48,457 nt of DNA, taken from Acidobacteria bacterium ADurb.Bin340. Its GTDB lineage: Bacteria; Acidobacteriota; Holophagae; Holophagales; Holophagaceae. Positions 1 to 7,282 of this stretch are shown here, in pieces (position 1 is the first letter of the stretch; the number at the start of each line of letters is the position of its first letter). A program made the position numbers and the translations under genes. The stretch lies in contig MWBB01000001.1 in the NCBI GenBank assembly GCA_002068835.1, positions 1 through 48,457 on the forward strand, written 5' to 3'. The notes beneath the pieces are model-generated. The model worked only from the letters and a program-made list of their open reading frames with translations. It did no database searches and was not told the DNA's origin.

Positions 1-112
1 GGCCCCTCATACCGCCGGGACGCTCGTCCCCCGCCGCGGAGCGGCTTCGTTCAACCCAAGTGCCATGGAGCTTGCCCGAGTCCTTTATGGCTGACGCCCT
101 TTCCCGCGAAGA

Positions 113-148
113 CCAAGCAAAAGCCTCCCGGCCAGGACCGGGAGGCTT
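113..148 (-). terminator. Rho-independent terminator candidate downstream of the VWA gene
   Basis: Perfect 11-bp stem AAGCCTCCCGG (121-131) / CCGGGAGGCTT (138-148) with a 6-nt loop. On the minus strand the hairpin runs into TTTTGCTTGG. It lies 18 nt past the stop codon at 166-168. Confidence 0.6.
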
Positions 149-165
149 CCAAAGCGCAGGGATGG

Positions 166-1170
166 CTACTTCAGGATCACGGGCACGGAAATGGGTTTTC
201 CCCCCGGGCGATCAACGACCACCCAAAGGTAGATCTGGGCCCCATTCCTCCGGAAGTACGTCGAGGTGAATCGCACGTTCAACGTGGTCACCCGGACGCC
301 GCCCGCACTGGAGAACATCTGGCCGAGGTTCTGGAAGTACGAGATCACCGCGCCGGCATGTTCCGCCTGAAGGTGGGCACCTTCCGTTTCGTAGGCCAGA
401 TTGACGAGCCTGCGGACGTTGGTCTGGCCCATCAATCCCACCGTGAACACCTGCACCTTGTTCAGCTTGGCAGCAGCGATCAGTTCCTCGTCCGTACGGC
501 TGCTGCTGTTGTCCTCGCAGTCCGTGAAGGCCACCAACGCCCGGTTGGCCTTCGTGGCAGAGCCAAAACCTTCGGTCGCAGCCTCGTAGGCTGCATTGAA
601 GAAGTTGGTGGCCCCTCCCTCAAGGGATTTCAGTTCATCCAGCACCGGAAAGAACGGCGCCACTTCCCGGGTGAATGTCGGGAAGTAGCGATGGACTTCG
701 CTGGGAATCCGGCGATTGGCGCCTGAAGCGAAGGCCCAGAGCGCGGCTTCGTTGGAGGATCCCAGCTTCCCAAGAAGGGCCTTGGAAGCATCAATACGGG
801 CATCCTCCGGGTCATTCCGACTCTGCATGCTGCCCGTCTGGTCCATGAGGAAGAGAACCGACCAGGAATCTTTTCCAGGTTTGTTGCCCGGTTTGCAGGA
901 TGGAGTCGAGAAGGACACGGGAACCGTATCATCAGCATTGCGAAGCGAAATACGGCTCGACTCGATCTCGATGGGGCGTCCCTGCTCATCGAAGGCAGCC
1001 AACTGGATTTCCGCGTCGAAGGTGTCGGCTGCATCCGGGACAGCATCCACCTTTGCACCCAGATTGGCCCCCGATGCCGCCACCGTGGGCGGCACGTCCT
1101 GCTGCTGGTCGATGCTCGAACAACCGAGCGCCAGCAGCAGGGATCCAAGGACCGGGGCCCAGAACCTCAT
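166..1170 (-). CDS. von Willebrand factor type A (VWA) domain protein, probable secreted lipoprotein
   Basis: ORF 166..1224, trimmed to Met19 (MRFWAPVLGSLLLALGCSS = signal peptide with a Cys lipobox-like site; Met13 at 1188 is an alternative start). MIDAS-like motif LFLMDQTGSM (DxTGS). VWA-like Rossmann pattern (LVAFTDCEDNSS, VQVFTVGL). Confidence 0.75.
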   Translation of the reverse strand: MRFWAPVLGSLLLALGCSSIDQQQDVPPTVAASGANLGAKVDAVPDAADTFDAEIQLAAFDEQGRPIEIESSRISLRNADDTVPVSFSTPSCKPGNKPGKDSWSVLFLMDQTGSMQSRNDPEDARIDASKALLGKLGSSNEAALWAFASGANRRIPSEVHRYFPTFTREVAPFFPVLDELKSLEGGATNFFNAAYEAATEGFGSATKANRALVAFTDCEDNSSSRTDEELIAAAKLNKVQVFTVGLMGQTNVRRLVNLAYETEGAHLQAEHAGAVISYFQNLGQMFSSAGGVRVTTLNVRFTSTYFRRNGAQIYLWVVVDRPGGKPISVPVILK

Positions 1171-1305
1171 CCGTCGAACCAGCAACATGTATTCCTCCTG
1201 AACAGCCTCCAGAACAGCAAGCACCTGAACATGCGTGCCTTAAGGTGATGGCCGTCACGCCGAAGACCGATCGCCCGCACATCCCGGCACGGCCTCGGCG
1301 CCCAG

Positions 1306-1343
1306 AAGGATCAGGGCCACCCGAAGGGCGGCCCTGATCCTTC
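1306..1343 (-). terminator. Strong hairpin downstream of hsp20 (terminator-like, no U-tract)
   Basis: GAAGGATCAGGGCC (1306-1319) pairs with GGCCCTGATCCTTC (1330-1343). Located 15 nt past the hsp20 stop (1358-1360). No T-run follows on the minus strand, so function is uncertain. Confidence 0.4.
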
Positions 1344-1357
1344 GCTTCCAGAACGCT

Positions 1358-1813
1358 TCATGCCTGGGTGATGGCGATCTTGCGGGGCTGCACCTCCGGC
1401 ACCTTGGGTACGGTGACGGTGAGCACCCCCTGCTTCAGTTCCGCTTTCACGGCGCTGCCATCCACGCCTTCAGGCAGATTGAAGGTGCGGCAGAAGCTCC
1501 CGAAGGAGCGCTCCGTGATGAAGCGTGTCTCCCCTTCCTGGCGAGGTTCGGGCTCCCGCTTGCCGCTGATGGACAGGCGGCTGCCCGTGAGGTCCAGGTC
1601 CACGTCCTCGAGCTTCACGCCAGGCAGATCGGCGCTGAAGACATAGCCTGCACGGGTTTCCGTGATGTCGAAGGCAGGCAGGAAGGTACCGGCCTCCGGG
1701 GCCAACGTCACGTCCCGGAAGGGATCCCAGCCCATGAGGCTGCGCATCAGGGCGAAGGGCTCCAGGGCAGTGCCCACCACGGGGTTTCGGGGTTCGCGAC
1801 GGATCAGGGTCAT
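1358..1813 (-). CDS. Hsp20/alpha-crystallin family small heat-shock protein
   Basis: ORF 1358..1870, trimmed to Met20 (MTLIRREP), which is preceded by AAGGAGG. Alpha-crystallin-domain pattern: PAFDITETRAGYVFSADLPGVKLEDVDLDLTGSRLSISGKRE ... GSFCRTFNLPEGVD ... AELKQGVLTVTVPK. Confidence 0.9.
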   Translation of the reverse strand: MTLIRREPRNPVVGTALEPFALMRSLMGWDPFRDVTLAPEAGTFLPAFDITETRAGYVFSADLPGVKLEDVDLDLTGSRLSISGKREPEPRQEGETRFITERSFGSFCRTFNLPEGVDGSAVKAELKQGVLTVTVPKVPEVQPRKIAITQA

Positions 1814-1859
1814 GGCATCCTCCTTGGGAGTATCGATGGCGATTCGATCTCCGAAGAAA

Positions 1860-1887
1860 ATCTTAGCCATTGCGACTCACCAGTCAA
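1860..1887 (-). promoter_or_regulatory. Sigma70-like promoter candidate for hsp20
   Basis: On the minus strand: TTGACT (1887-1882), a 16-nt spacer, then TAAGAT (1865-1860). It lies between the mog terminator and the hsp20 RBS and predicts a leader of about 39 nt. Confidence 0.45.
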
Positions 1888-1920
1888 TACCTCTCCAGCC
1901 CCCTTTCGATCCTCAGGGCT

Positions 1921-1948
1921 GGCAACAAAAAACCCGCCGAGGCGGGTT
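1921..1948 (-). terminator. Rho-independent terminator of mog
   Basis: Minus-strand read AACCCGCCTCGGCGGGTT followed by TTTTGTTGCC. Located 18 nt past the mog stop (1966-1968). Confidence 0.65.
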
Positions 1949-1965
1949 GTCGGGATCCGGGAGCC

Positions 1966-2493
1966 TCAAGCCTTGGGCCTGAAGGCTCGGATCACGGCCT
2001 CGTCCGTTTCCAGGGAGGGCCCGCCGATGAGGTCGATGCAGTAGGGCACCGCTGGAAAGACCGCTTCCAGGCATTCGCGGATGGATTTGGGCTTGCCCGG
2101 AAGGTTCAGGATCAGGCTGCGGCCCCGAATTCCGGCGGTCTGGCGGGACAGGATGGCGGTGGGCACGTAGCGCAGGGACACGGCCCGCATCTGCTCGCCA
2201 AAGCCCGGCATCAGCTTGGAACACACCGCCTCGGTGGCTTCCGGCGTCACGTCCCGGGGCGCAGGTCCCGTGCCGCCGGTGGTGAGCACCAGGCAGCAGC
2301 CCTCGTCATCGCAGAGGGCCTTCAGGGTGGCTTCGATGCCAGGGCGGTCGTCCGGAATCACCCGGACCACAGGTTCGAAGGGCGTCTTCAAGAAGACCTG
2401 GAGGGTCTCAAACATCGCGGGCCCGCTGAGATCCTCGTAGAGGCCTGCGGAAGCGCGGTCGGAGATGGTGACAAGGCCGATGCGGAGTGTCAT
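1966..2493 (-). CDS. mog: Molybdopterin adenylyltransferase MogA (MoaB/Mog family)
   Basis: MTLRIGLVTISDRASAGLYEDLSG ... LVLTTGGTGPAPRDVTPEAT ... MPGFGEQMRAVSLRYVPTAILSRQTAGIRGRSLILNLPGKPKSIRECLE is nearly collinear with E. coli Mog as I remember it. Start set at Met5 (2493); ATG at 2505 is an alternative. Confidence 0.9.
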   Translation of the reverse strand: MTLRIGLVTISDRASAGLYEDLSGPAMFETLQVFLKTPFEPVVRVIPDDRPGIEATLKALCDDEGCCLVLTTGGTGPAPRDVTPEATEAVCSKLMPGFGEQMRAVSLRYVPTAILSRQTAGIRGRSLILNLPGKPKSIRECLEAVFPAVPYCIDLIGGPSLETDEAVIRAFRPKA

Positions 2494-2595
2494 GCCTTCC
2501 AGCATGCCCTAGCCACCGTGAGGGCGCTGCCCAGGCCCGGCTGTTCCCCGGGAGGCAAGGAGCCTATCCTGGGGACATCCCCCAAGGAGGAATTC

Positions 2596-2850
2596 ATGCT
2601 GAGCCTGATCTGGACCTGCCTCATCGGCCTCGTCGTGGGCGCCCTGGCCAAGCTCCTGACGCCCGGCAAGGATCCCGGTGGCTGGATCGTCACCACCCTC
2701 CTGGGCATCGCCGGCTCTTTCGTGGGCACATGGATCGGACGGGCCCTGAATTTCTACGAGCCTGGGCATTCCGCCGGCTTCCTCATGTCCCTCATCGGAG
2801 CCGTGCTGCTCCTGGTGATCTACCGCGTGGTGATGAAGCTGAAGGGCTGA
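2596..2850 (+). CDS. GlsB/YeaQ/YmgE family (transglycosylase-associated) small membrane stress protein
   Basis: 84 aa, MLSLIWTCLIGLVVGALAKLLTPGKDPGGWIVTTLLGIAGSFVGTWIG..., the typical family sequence. AAGGAGG lies 6 nt upstream of the ATG at 2596. This is only the 3' end of track ORF 1870..2850. Confidence 0.85.
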   Translation: MLSLIWTCLIGLVVGALAKLLTPGKDPGGWIVTTLLGIAGSFVGTWIGRALNFYEPGHSAGFLMSLIGAVLLLVIYRVVMKLKG

Positions 2851-2868
2851 CCACCGCCATCAGGCACG

Positions 2869-2898
2869 AAAAGGGGGGCGCCGCAGCGCCCCCCTTTT
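2869..2898. terminator. Bidirectional intrinsic terminator between the convergent yeaQ-like gene and tig
   Basis: AAAA-GGGGGGCGC (2873-2881), loop CGCA, GCGCCCCCC (2886-2894)-TTTT. A 9-bp GC stem flanked by an A-run and a T-run, so it can terminate both strands. Confidence 0.75.
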
Positions 2899-2916
2899 CG
2901 AAGGGACATCCTTCCC

Positions 2917-4479
2917 TCAGGCCTTGTCGGCCTTCTTCGGGGCCGCCTTCTTGGGCTTCTCTTCGCCTTCGGTCTTCTTGGCGGCGGCCTTCTTGGGTTT
3001 CTCCTCGCCTTCGGCCTTCTTGGCGGCGGCCTTCTTGGGCTTCTCCTCCGCCGGGGCATCCTCGGCCTCCGCAGCCTTTACGGCTTCGGGATCGCCGCCT
3101 TCCTGCTCCTCCAGTTCGCCGCCCTCCATGCCACCAGCATCGAAACGGGCCACGGGGAGCCCCGCCTCGCGCTTGCGCTCCAGCTCCACCAGGGCGCGGA
3201 AGGCTTCCTTGTCGAGGATCTCCTCGGTGACCGTGGCCTGCTTCAGGATCATCTCGAAGATCTTGTCGGTACGCAGGCGGCCCTTGATCTCGGTGGTGGC
3301 GCCGCGGCGCTCCAGATCGGCCTTGAAGGGTTCGAAGGGCTGCTGGACCTTGTGCTCTTCCATGAGGCTGCGGATCTCGGCATCGATCTCAGCGTCGGCA
3401 ACCTGGAGATCCTCGGCGTTGCCGATGGCCTGGAGCAGGTAGCCGCTGCGCACGGCGCGTTCGGCTTCGTTCAGGCGGCTCTGGCGGTAGGCGCTCCAGT
3501 TGATCTTCCGGGGCTCCACGCCCTGGCGGGCCATGGTCTGGGCAAACTCGTTGCAGTAGTCGTCGAGCTGGAGGGCCACCATGGAGGCAGGCACCTCGAA
3601 GGGCGCGGCGTCCAGCAGCTGATCCAGGATCGTGGTCTGCAGGCGGGCCTGAGCATCCCGCTCGGCGGCAGCTTCCAGATCCTTGACCAGGCTCTCGCGG
3701 AGGGCCGCCAGATCGGCGAAGTCCCCCAGATCCTTGGCGAAGGCATCGTCCAGGGCCGGAACCTGGCGCACGCGCAGGTCCTTGAGCTTCACCTCGTAGG
3801 CCACGGACTTGCCGGCCAGACCACGGTTGGGATCCTCGGCGGGCACCTCGATGCTGAAGCGCTTCTCGGCATCCACGGCCATCCCCAGCAGGTGGGCGTC
3901 AAAGGGGCGGCCTTCCCCGAGCTGCACCACCTGGTCCTTGAAGGACTGGGCCTTCATGCCCTGGGGTTTCACCTTCACGTCGAAGGTGGCGAAGTGGCCC
4001 ACGGCGGCCTCGCCCTCCACGGGAACGAACTTGGCAGCCTGCTCCCGCATCCCCTCCAGGTGCTCCTCGACCGTGGCAGGATCGATCTGACGCTTCTTCT
4101 TATTGACGGTGATGCCCTTGTATGCGGGCAGGGTCACTTCAGGAGCCACATCAAAATGGAGCTTCAGACGGCCTTCGGCGCCATCCTTGAGCTCCGCGGC
4201 CTCCAGGGCCGGCTGGCTCACGGGCTGCACCGAAGCGTTGGCGGCCGCATCCCAGAAGAGCTGCTTGGTGAGGTTCTCCGCCACCTCCGCCTCGATCTCG
4301 CGGCCGTAGCGGCCCATGAGCACGTCCTTGGGGGCCTTGCCGGGGCGGAAGCCAGGGATGCGGACCTTGGGAGCGAGCCGGGCGAGCACCCGCCCGAATT
4401 CCGCGCTCACCGCCGCAGCGGGAACAACGACCTCCAGGGATTTGCGGGTGGTGGAGTGGTGCGTGAGGTTGACCTGCAT
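2917..4479 (-). CDS. tig: Trigger factor (ribosome-associated peptidyl-prolyl isomerase/chaperone) with a Lys/Ala/Pro-rich C-terminal tail
   Basis: MQVNLTHHSTTRKSLEVVVPAAAV...RIPGFRPGKAPKDVLMGRYG is the TF signature GFRxGxxP. Start set at Met45 of ORF 2917..4611 because upstream codons overlap tRNA-Leu. AGGAG RBS is present. The protein is 520 aa against 432 aa in E. coli. Confidence 0.95.
   Translation of the reverse strand: MQVNLTHHSTTRKSLEVVVPAAAVSAEFGRVLARLAPKVRIPGFRPGKAPKDVLMGRYGREIEAEVAENLTKQLFWDAAANASVQPVSQPALEAAELKDGAEGRLKLHFDVAPEVTLPAYKGITVNKKKRQIDPATVEEHLEGMREQAAKFVPVEGEAAVGHFATFDVKVKPQGMKAQSFKDQVVQLGEGRPFDAHLLGMAVDAEKRFSIEVPAEDPNRGLAGKSVAYEVKLKDLRVRQVPALDDAFAKDLGDFADLAALRESLVKDLEAAAERDAQARLQTTILDQLLDAAPFEVPASMVALQLDDYCNEFAQTMARQGVEPRKINWSAYRQSRLNEAERAVRSGYLLQAIGNAEDLQVADAEIDAEIRSLMEEHKVQQPFEPFKADLERRGATTEIKGRLRTDKIFEMILKQATVTEEILDKEAFRALVELERKREAGLPVARFDAGGMEGGELEEQEGGDPEAVKAAEAEDAPAEEKPKKAAAKKAEGEEKPKKAAAKKTEGEEKPKKAAPKKADKA
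2920..3048 (-). repeat. In-frame 42-nt (14-aa) tandem repeat, about 3 copies, encoding the trigger factor tail
   Basis: GCCTTCTTGGG recurs at 2945, 2987 and 3029 (period 42 nt). The peptide reads EEKPKKAAAKKAEG / EEKPKKAAAKKTEG / EEKPKKAAPKKADKA. Confidence 0.8.
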
Positions 4480-4514
4480 GGGGGCTCCTGGTGCGGCAAA
4501 AAGGGCCAAGGAGG

Positions 4515-4599
4515 TGGTGCGAACGGTGGGACTCGAACCCACACGGTGGAAACCGCTGGAACCTAAATCCAGTGCGTCTACCAGTTCCGCCACGTTCGC
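4515..4599 (-). tRNA. tRNA-Leu (anticodon TAG)
   Basis: Reverse complement GCGAACGTGGCGGAACTGGTAGACGCACTGGATTTAGGTTCCAGCGGTTTCCACCGTGTGGGTTCGAGTCCCACCGTTCGCACCA. It has a 7-bp acceptor stem, anticodon loop TTTAGGT, a long variable arm, GTTCGAGTC T-loop and an encoded CCA. Confidence 0.9.
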
Positions 4600-4622
4600 C
4601 AAGTTGTCCAAAGGGCTTTTCG

Positions 4623-4699
4623 TGGTGCGCCCGGAGCGACTCGAACGCCCGACCCTCAGGTTCGAAGCCTGATGCTCTATCCAACTGAGCTACGGGCGC
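4623..4699 (-). tRNA. tRNA-Arg (anticodon TCG)
   Basis: Reverse complement GCGCCCGTAGCTCAGTTGGATAGAGCATCAGGCTTCGAACCTGAGGGTCGGGCGTTCGAGTCGCTCCGGGCGCACCA. Cloverleaf folds by hand; anticodon loop CTTCGAA; CCA is encoded. Confidence 0.9.
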
Positions 4700-4712
4700 A
4701 CACGAAACCTCG

Positions 4713-4741
4713 ATTCTACCGTCCTTCCCGATCCGGTTCGA
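4713..4741 (-). promoter_or_regulatory. Promoter candidate for the tRNA-Arg/tRNA-Leu(/tig) transcription unit
   Basis: On the minus strand: TCGAAC (4741-4736), a 17-nt spacer, then TAGAAT (4718-4713). The -10 element ends 13 nt upstream of the tRNA-Arg 5' end. Confidence 0.35.
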
Positions 4742-4765
4742 GTCTTTGATCCGAGGGATGGGCCT

Positions 4766-5749
4766 TCAAGCCTCAAATGCTCTATCCAGCCGAGTCCCGC
4801 CGATCAGACCGGTCTGCAGGCTCCAGGCATCCTCCACCGCATGACGCCGGAGGGCCTCCAGATCCTGAGCCTCCAGCCCCAGGGCCTGGGCCTTCCGCCA
4901 TTCGCCGGGGAGGTCGCAGGGCATCACGCCGGGATCATCGGTGCCCAGGGCGCATCGAACCCCCGCCCGGAGCATGGCCTTCAGGGGATGGGGCCCCAGA
5001 TCGGGGATGAGGCATCGGTTGGAGGTGAGACACACATCCACAGGGATGCGCCGCTCCGCCAGCAGGTCCAGGATGTCGGGGTGGGCGGCGGCCCGAACCC
5101 CGTGGACGATGCGGCTGACGCCGGCTTCCAGGATGGCGTCCCGCACGTTGGTGCCGGGACCGTTTTCGCCCGCATGGGCGGCCAGCCGCAACCCCGCCTT
5201 GCGGGCTCGATCGAAGACCGGCGCCCAGTCCCGGAAGGGCACGCCCTCCAGGCCGCCCGTGGAGAATCCCACCACCCAGTCCGGACGCTCCGGCAGCACC
5301 AGATCCAGAACCTCGTGGCCGTGGGCGATGCCGAAGTGATTCACCGCATCGATCACCACCGCTACCTGCACGCCCTGGGCCCGGGCCTCGGCGATGCCTT
5401 CGTCCATGCCCCGCCAGAGTTCATCCAGCGTGAGCAGTTGCGCCCCCCGGCAAAGGTGGTGGGGGCTCACCCAGAGGTCGATGCCCCGAGGCCCATCCGC
5501 ACCCGGAGCCAGCCGCCGCACGGCGGCCCGCAGGATCTCCCGGGCGGCTTCTGCCCCCCGCAGAAAGCCGCAGGAGAAGAAGAACGCCGGAATGAAGGCC
5601 TCGAAGGGCACGATCTCGTCGCGCCACAGGGCCTCCAGGCTGGGCGGCAGCCCTAGGCCTTCCCGTTGCGCCTGGGCCTTCACCCACGCAGGATCCAGGC
5701 TCCCTTCCAGGTGCGTGTGGCGGTCCACCCGGGGCGGGAGCAGGGACAT
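4766..5749 (-). CDS. add: Adenosine deaminase family protein
   Basis: Metal-binding motifs VDRHTHLEGSL (HxH), AAHAGENG (HAGE) and ALGTDDPGV (TDDP), in a protein of typical length (327 aa). Confidence 0.85.
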   Translation of the reverse strand: MSLLPPRVDRHTHLEGSLDPAWVKAQAQREGLGLPPSLEALWRDEIVPFEAFIPAFFFSCGFLRGAEAAREILRAAVRRLAPGADGPRGIDLWVSPHHLCRGAQLLTLDELWRGMDEGIAEARAQGVQVAVVIDAVNHFGIAHGHEVLDLVLPERPDWVVGFSTGGLEGVPFRDWAPVFDRARKAGLRLAAHAGENGPGTNVRDAILEAGVSRIVHGVRAAAHPDILDLLAERRIPVDVCLTSNRCLIPDLGPHPLKAMLRAGVRCALGTDDPGVMPCDLPGEWRKAQALGLEAQDLEALRRHAVEDAWSLQTGLIGGTRLDRAFEA

Positions 5750-5773
5750 GTCGCGGACGTCCGAGGTTCTCGC

Positions 5774-6070
5774 CTACTCGTCGTAGTCGTCCATGTTCAG
5801 ATCGCCGGGATCCACGCCATCGGGGCGGGCTCCAGCGATGCCGAGGGTCTCCTCGAAGCCGCCCTCCTCGCTTCCGGCATCCGTGTCCATCTCCGGCTGG
5901 TAGTCGTCATCGATGGGCAGCGCCGCCTTCTCCTTCTTCGGAGCCTTGGGGCGGGATGGCGCTTCCTTCTGGTTCGCGCCGCACTTGGGGCAGAGGGCTT
6001 CGGGCTTCAGGAAGTCATAGAACTTCGTTCCGCACTGGAAGCAGGCCCACTTCTTCCCCAGCTTCGACAT
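5774..6070 (-). CDS. FYDLN_acid (TIGR02300-type) zinc-ribbon protein with acidic tail
   Basis: CFQCG...KFYDFLKPEALCPKCG (paired CxxC motifs flanking the KFYD motif), followed by a Lys-rich segment and an Asp/Glu-rich C-terminus (DDDYQPEMDTDAGSEEGGFEE...MDDYDE). GGAGAAA RBS. Confidence 0.8.
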   Translation of the reverse strand: MSKLGKKWACFQCGTKFYDFLKPEALCPKCGANQKEAPSRPKAPKKEKAALPIDDDYQPEMDTDAGSEEGGFEETLGIAGARPDGVDPGDLNMDDYDE

Positions 6071-6158
6071 GGTGGTTTCTCCATTCCGTCAAAGGTCCAA
6101 GGATTTACCACAACCTTTCCGGGTTGTCACGGGACACGGATCACGGATGGATCGGAAG

Positions 6159-7178
6159 TCAGGCTTTCGGCGCCCAGGGGGCCCCGGCCAGCAGGGCCGG
6201 GTTGCCCTCGCAGAGCTGCTGGACCACGGTGCCGTAGAAGATGCGGTGGCGGTCTTCCAGTTCCTGGCCGTAGCGGTCCACGAAAGAGGCCCTGGAGCGG
6301 TCCAGCTCCTCCCGCAGCAGGGGGTACAGGCGCCCGGTCTGGCGGCCCTGGGCCACCTTGGCCGGGAAATAGAGCTCCACATCTCCCACCAGGACCCGGG
6401 CGCTCCGTTCGGCATTGGCCCGCACCTTGGGATCGAGGCCCGGCTCCGAAGCCTCGGCGATGGGTTCGGGAATCCGCATGGTCGGACTCGAAGGAGGCGG
6501 TGGAGGAGGCGCAGGCCGCTCGTCCTCCTTGGCCCCGGCGAGGTGCGAAAGGCAGGATTCCGCCGCCCGGACCAGGGCGCGCACGTGGTTCGGATGATCG
6601 AGCACCTGGCGCAAGCCGGCGTCCACCAGCAGCAGGGCCACGCATTTCCGCCTCAGGGACAGGGGCAGGATCCAGGCATCGGAGGCCTCGAAACGGCTCA
6701 GGGGCCCCAGGAGGGCCTGATAGGCGGCCCCCGGACGATCGATCCGCGGCTGCACGCCTCGGACAACGGCCTCCAGTTCCGGCGGCGGCACCACGGGGGC
6801 CCCCATCCGGGGACTGTCCGCTTCGAACCCTCGCTGGGCATAGAGGCTGGCAATGCCTTGTTTCACCACGAAGAGGGCGCTCCGCTCCACGAACGGCTGA
6901 AGGCCCTCCAGCAGGTGCTTGAGCACCTCTCCCTGGCTGGCGCTGCCTTCGATGAGGTCCAGGGCGGCTCCCAGTTCGGCTTCCGTGTCCGAGGGAACGG
7001 CCTGAGGCTCCGGCACGGGCGCCAGTGCCGCCAGCCGCTGGAGCAGGGCTTCATCGGGGGCCAGTCGCCCCTGACCCTCGTCCCAGGTGAAGAGGATCTG
7101 TTCCCGCAGATCGCCGAGGCGCTCACGGATCCAGGCCTCGAGGACGTGCTTGACGGGTTCCTGGCGTGCATCGTTCAT
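6159..7178 (-). CDS. Hypothetical protein with a GAF-like central region and a conserved-looking C-terminal domain
   Basis: ORF 6159..7298, trimmed to Met41 (MNDARQEP). GAF-like stretch GEVLKHLLEGLQPFVERSALFVVKQG...ILPLSLRRKCVALLLVD, then a PPPPPPP linker, then C-terminal ERSARVLVGDVELYFPAKVAQGR...LREELDRSRASFVDRYG. No catalytic motif recognised. Confidence 0.6.
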   Translation of the reverse strand: MNDARQEPVKHVLEAWIRERLGDLREQILFTWDEGQGRLAPDEALLQRLAALAPVPEPQAVPSDTEAELGAALDLIEGSASQGEVLKHLLEGLQPFVERSALFVVKQGIASLYAQRGFEADSPRMGAPVVPPPELEAVVRGVQPRIDRPGAAYQALLGPLSRFEASDAWILPLSLRRKCVALLLVDAGLRQVLDHPNHVRALVRAAESCLSHLAGAKEDERPAPPPPPPSSPTMRIPEPIAEASEPGLDPKVRANAERSARVLVGDVELYFPAKVAQGRQTGRLYPLLREELDRSRASFVDRYGQELEDRHRIFYGTVVQQLCEGNPALLAGAPWAPKA

Positions 7179-7282
7179 GGCGTTCCTGACAGGGGTTGTG
7201 GCTTCGAGGTTAGCCCAGATTGTCCCCAACTGGCATTTATCTCCCCGCCCCGATAGCATCTCCCCATCCGCGGAGCCCGAGG

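Noticed and set aside
166-1170. The VWA lipoprotein at the window edge, considered as part of a Bat/aerotolerance, MoxR-VWA or other multi-gene system.
   Set aside because: Its downstream neighbourhood is cut off by the window edge, and a terminator follows the gene. Its upstream neighbour is an unrelated hsp20 gene with its own hairpin. There is no evidence of a system within the visible sequence.
1870-2595. The first 242 codons of track ORF 1870..2850.
   Set aside because: They are antisense to mog and low in complexity. Only the last 84 codons (2596-2850), which have their own AAGGAGG RBS, match the GlsB/YeaQ/YmgE family.
2920-3048. The 42-nt tandem repeat, considered as a possible CRISPR-like or non-coding repeat array.
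   Set aside because: There are no unique spacers. The repeats are contiguous, in frame with tig, and encode a coherent KPKKAAAKK peptide repeat, so this is a coding low-complexity tail.
4480-4611. The N-terminal 44 codons of track ORF 2917..4611 (MDNLANVAELVDALDLGSSGFHRVGSSPTVRT...).
   Set aside because: This stretch is the translation of the tRNA-Leu gene (4515-4599). The true tig start is the ATG at 4479, which has an AGGAG RBS and the conserved MQVNL... N-terminus.
4766-5749. The adenosine deaminase gene, considered as part of a RADAR-like anti-phage system.
   Set aside because: It is of housekeeping size (327 aa) and has the canonical Add motifs. There is no adjacent large ATPase (RdrA-like) gene. 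It is flanked by tRNA genes and a small zinc-ribbon gene.
7231-7246. A TGGCAT motif in the divergent region upstream of the STAS operon, considered as a sigma54 -24 element.
   Set aside because: The sequence 5 nt downstream is TCCCC rather than the required TTGC(A/T) -12 element. In addition, no AAA+ enhancer-binding protein is encoded nearby.
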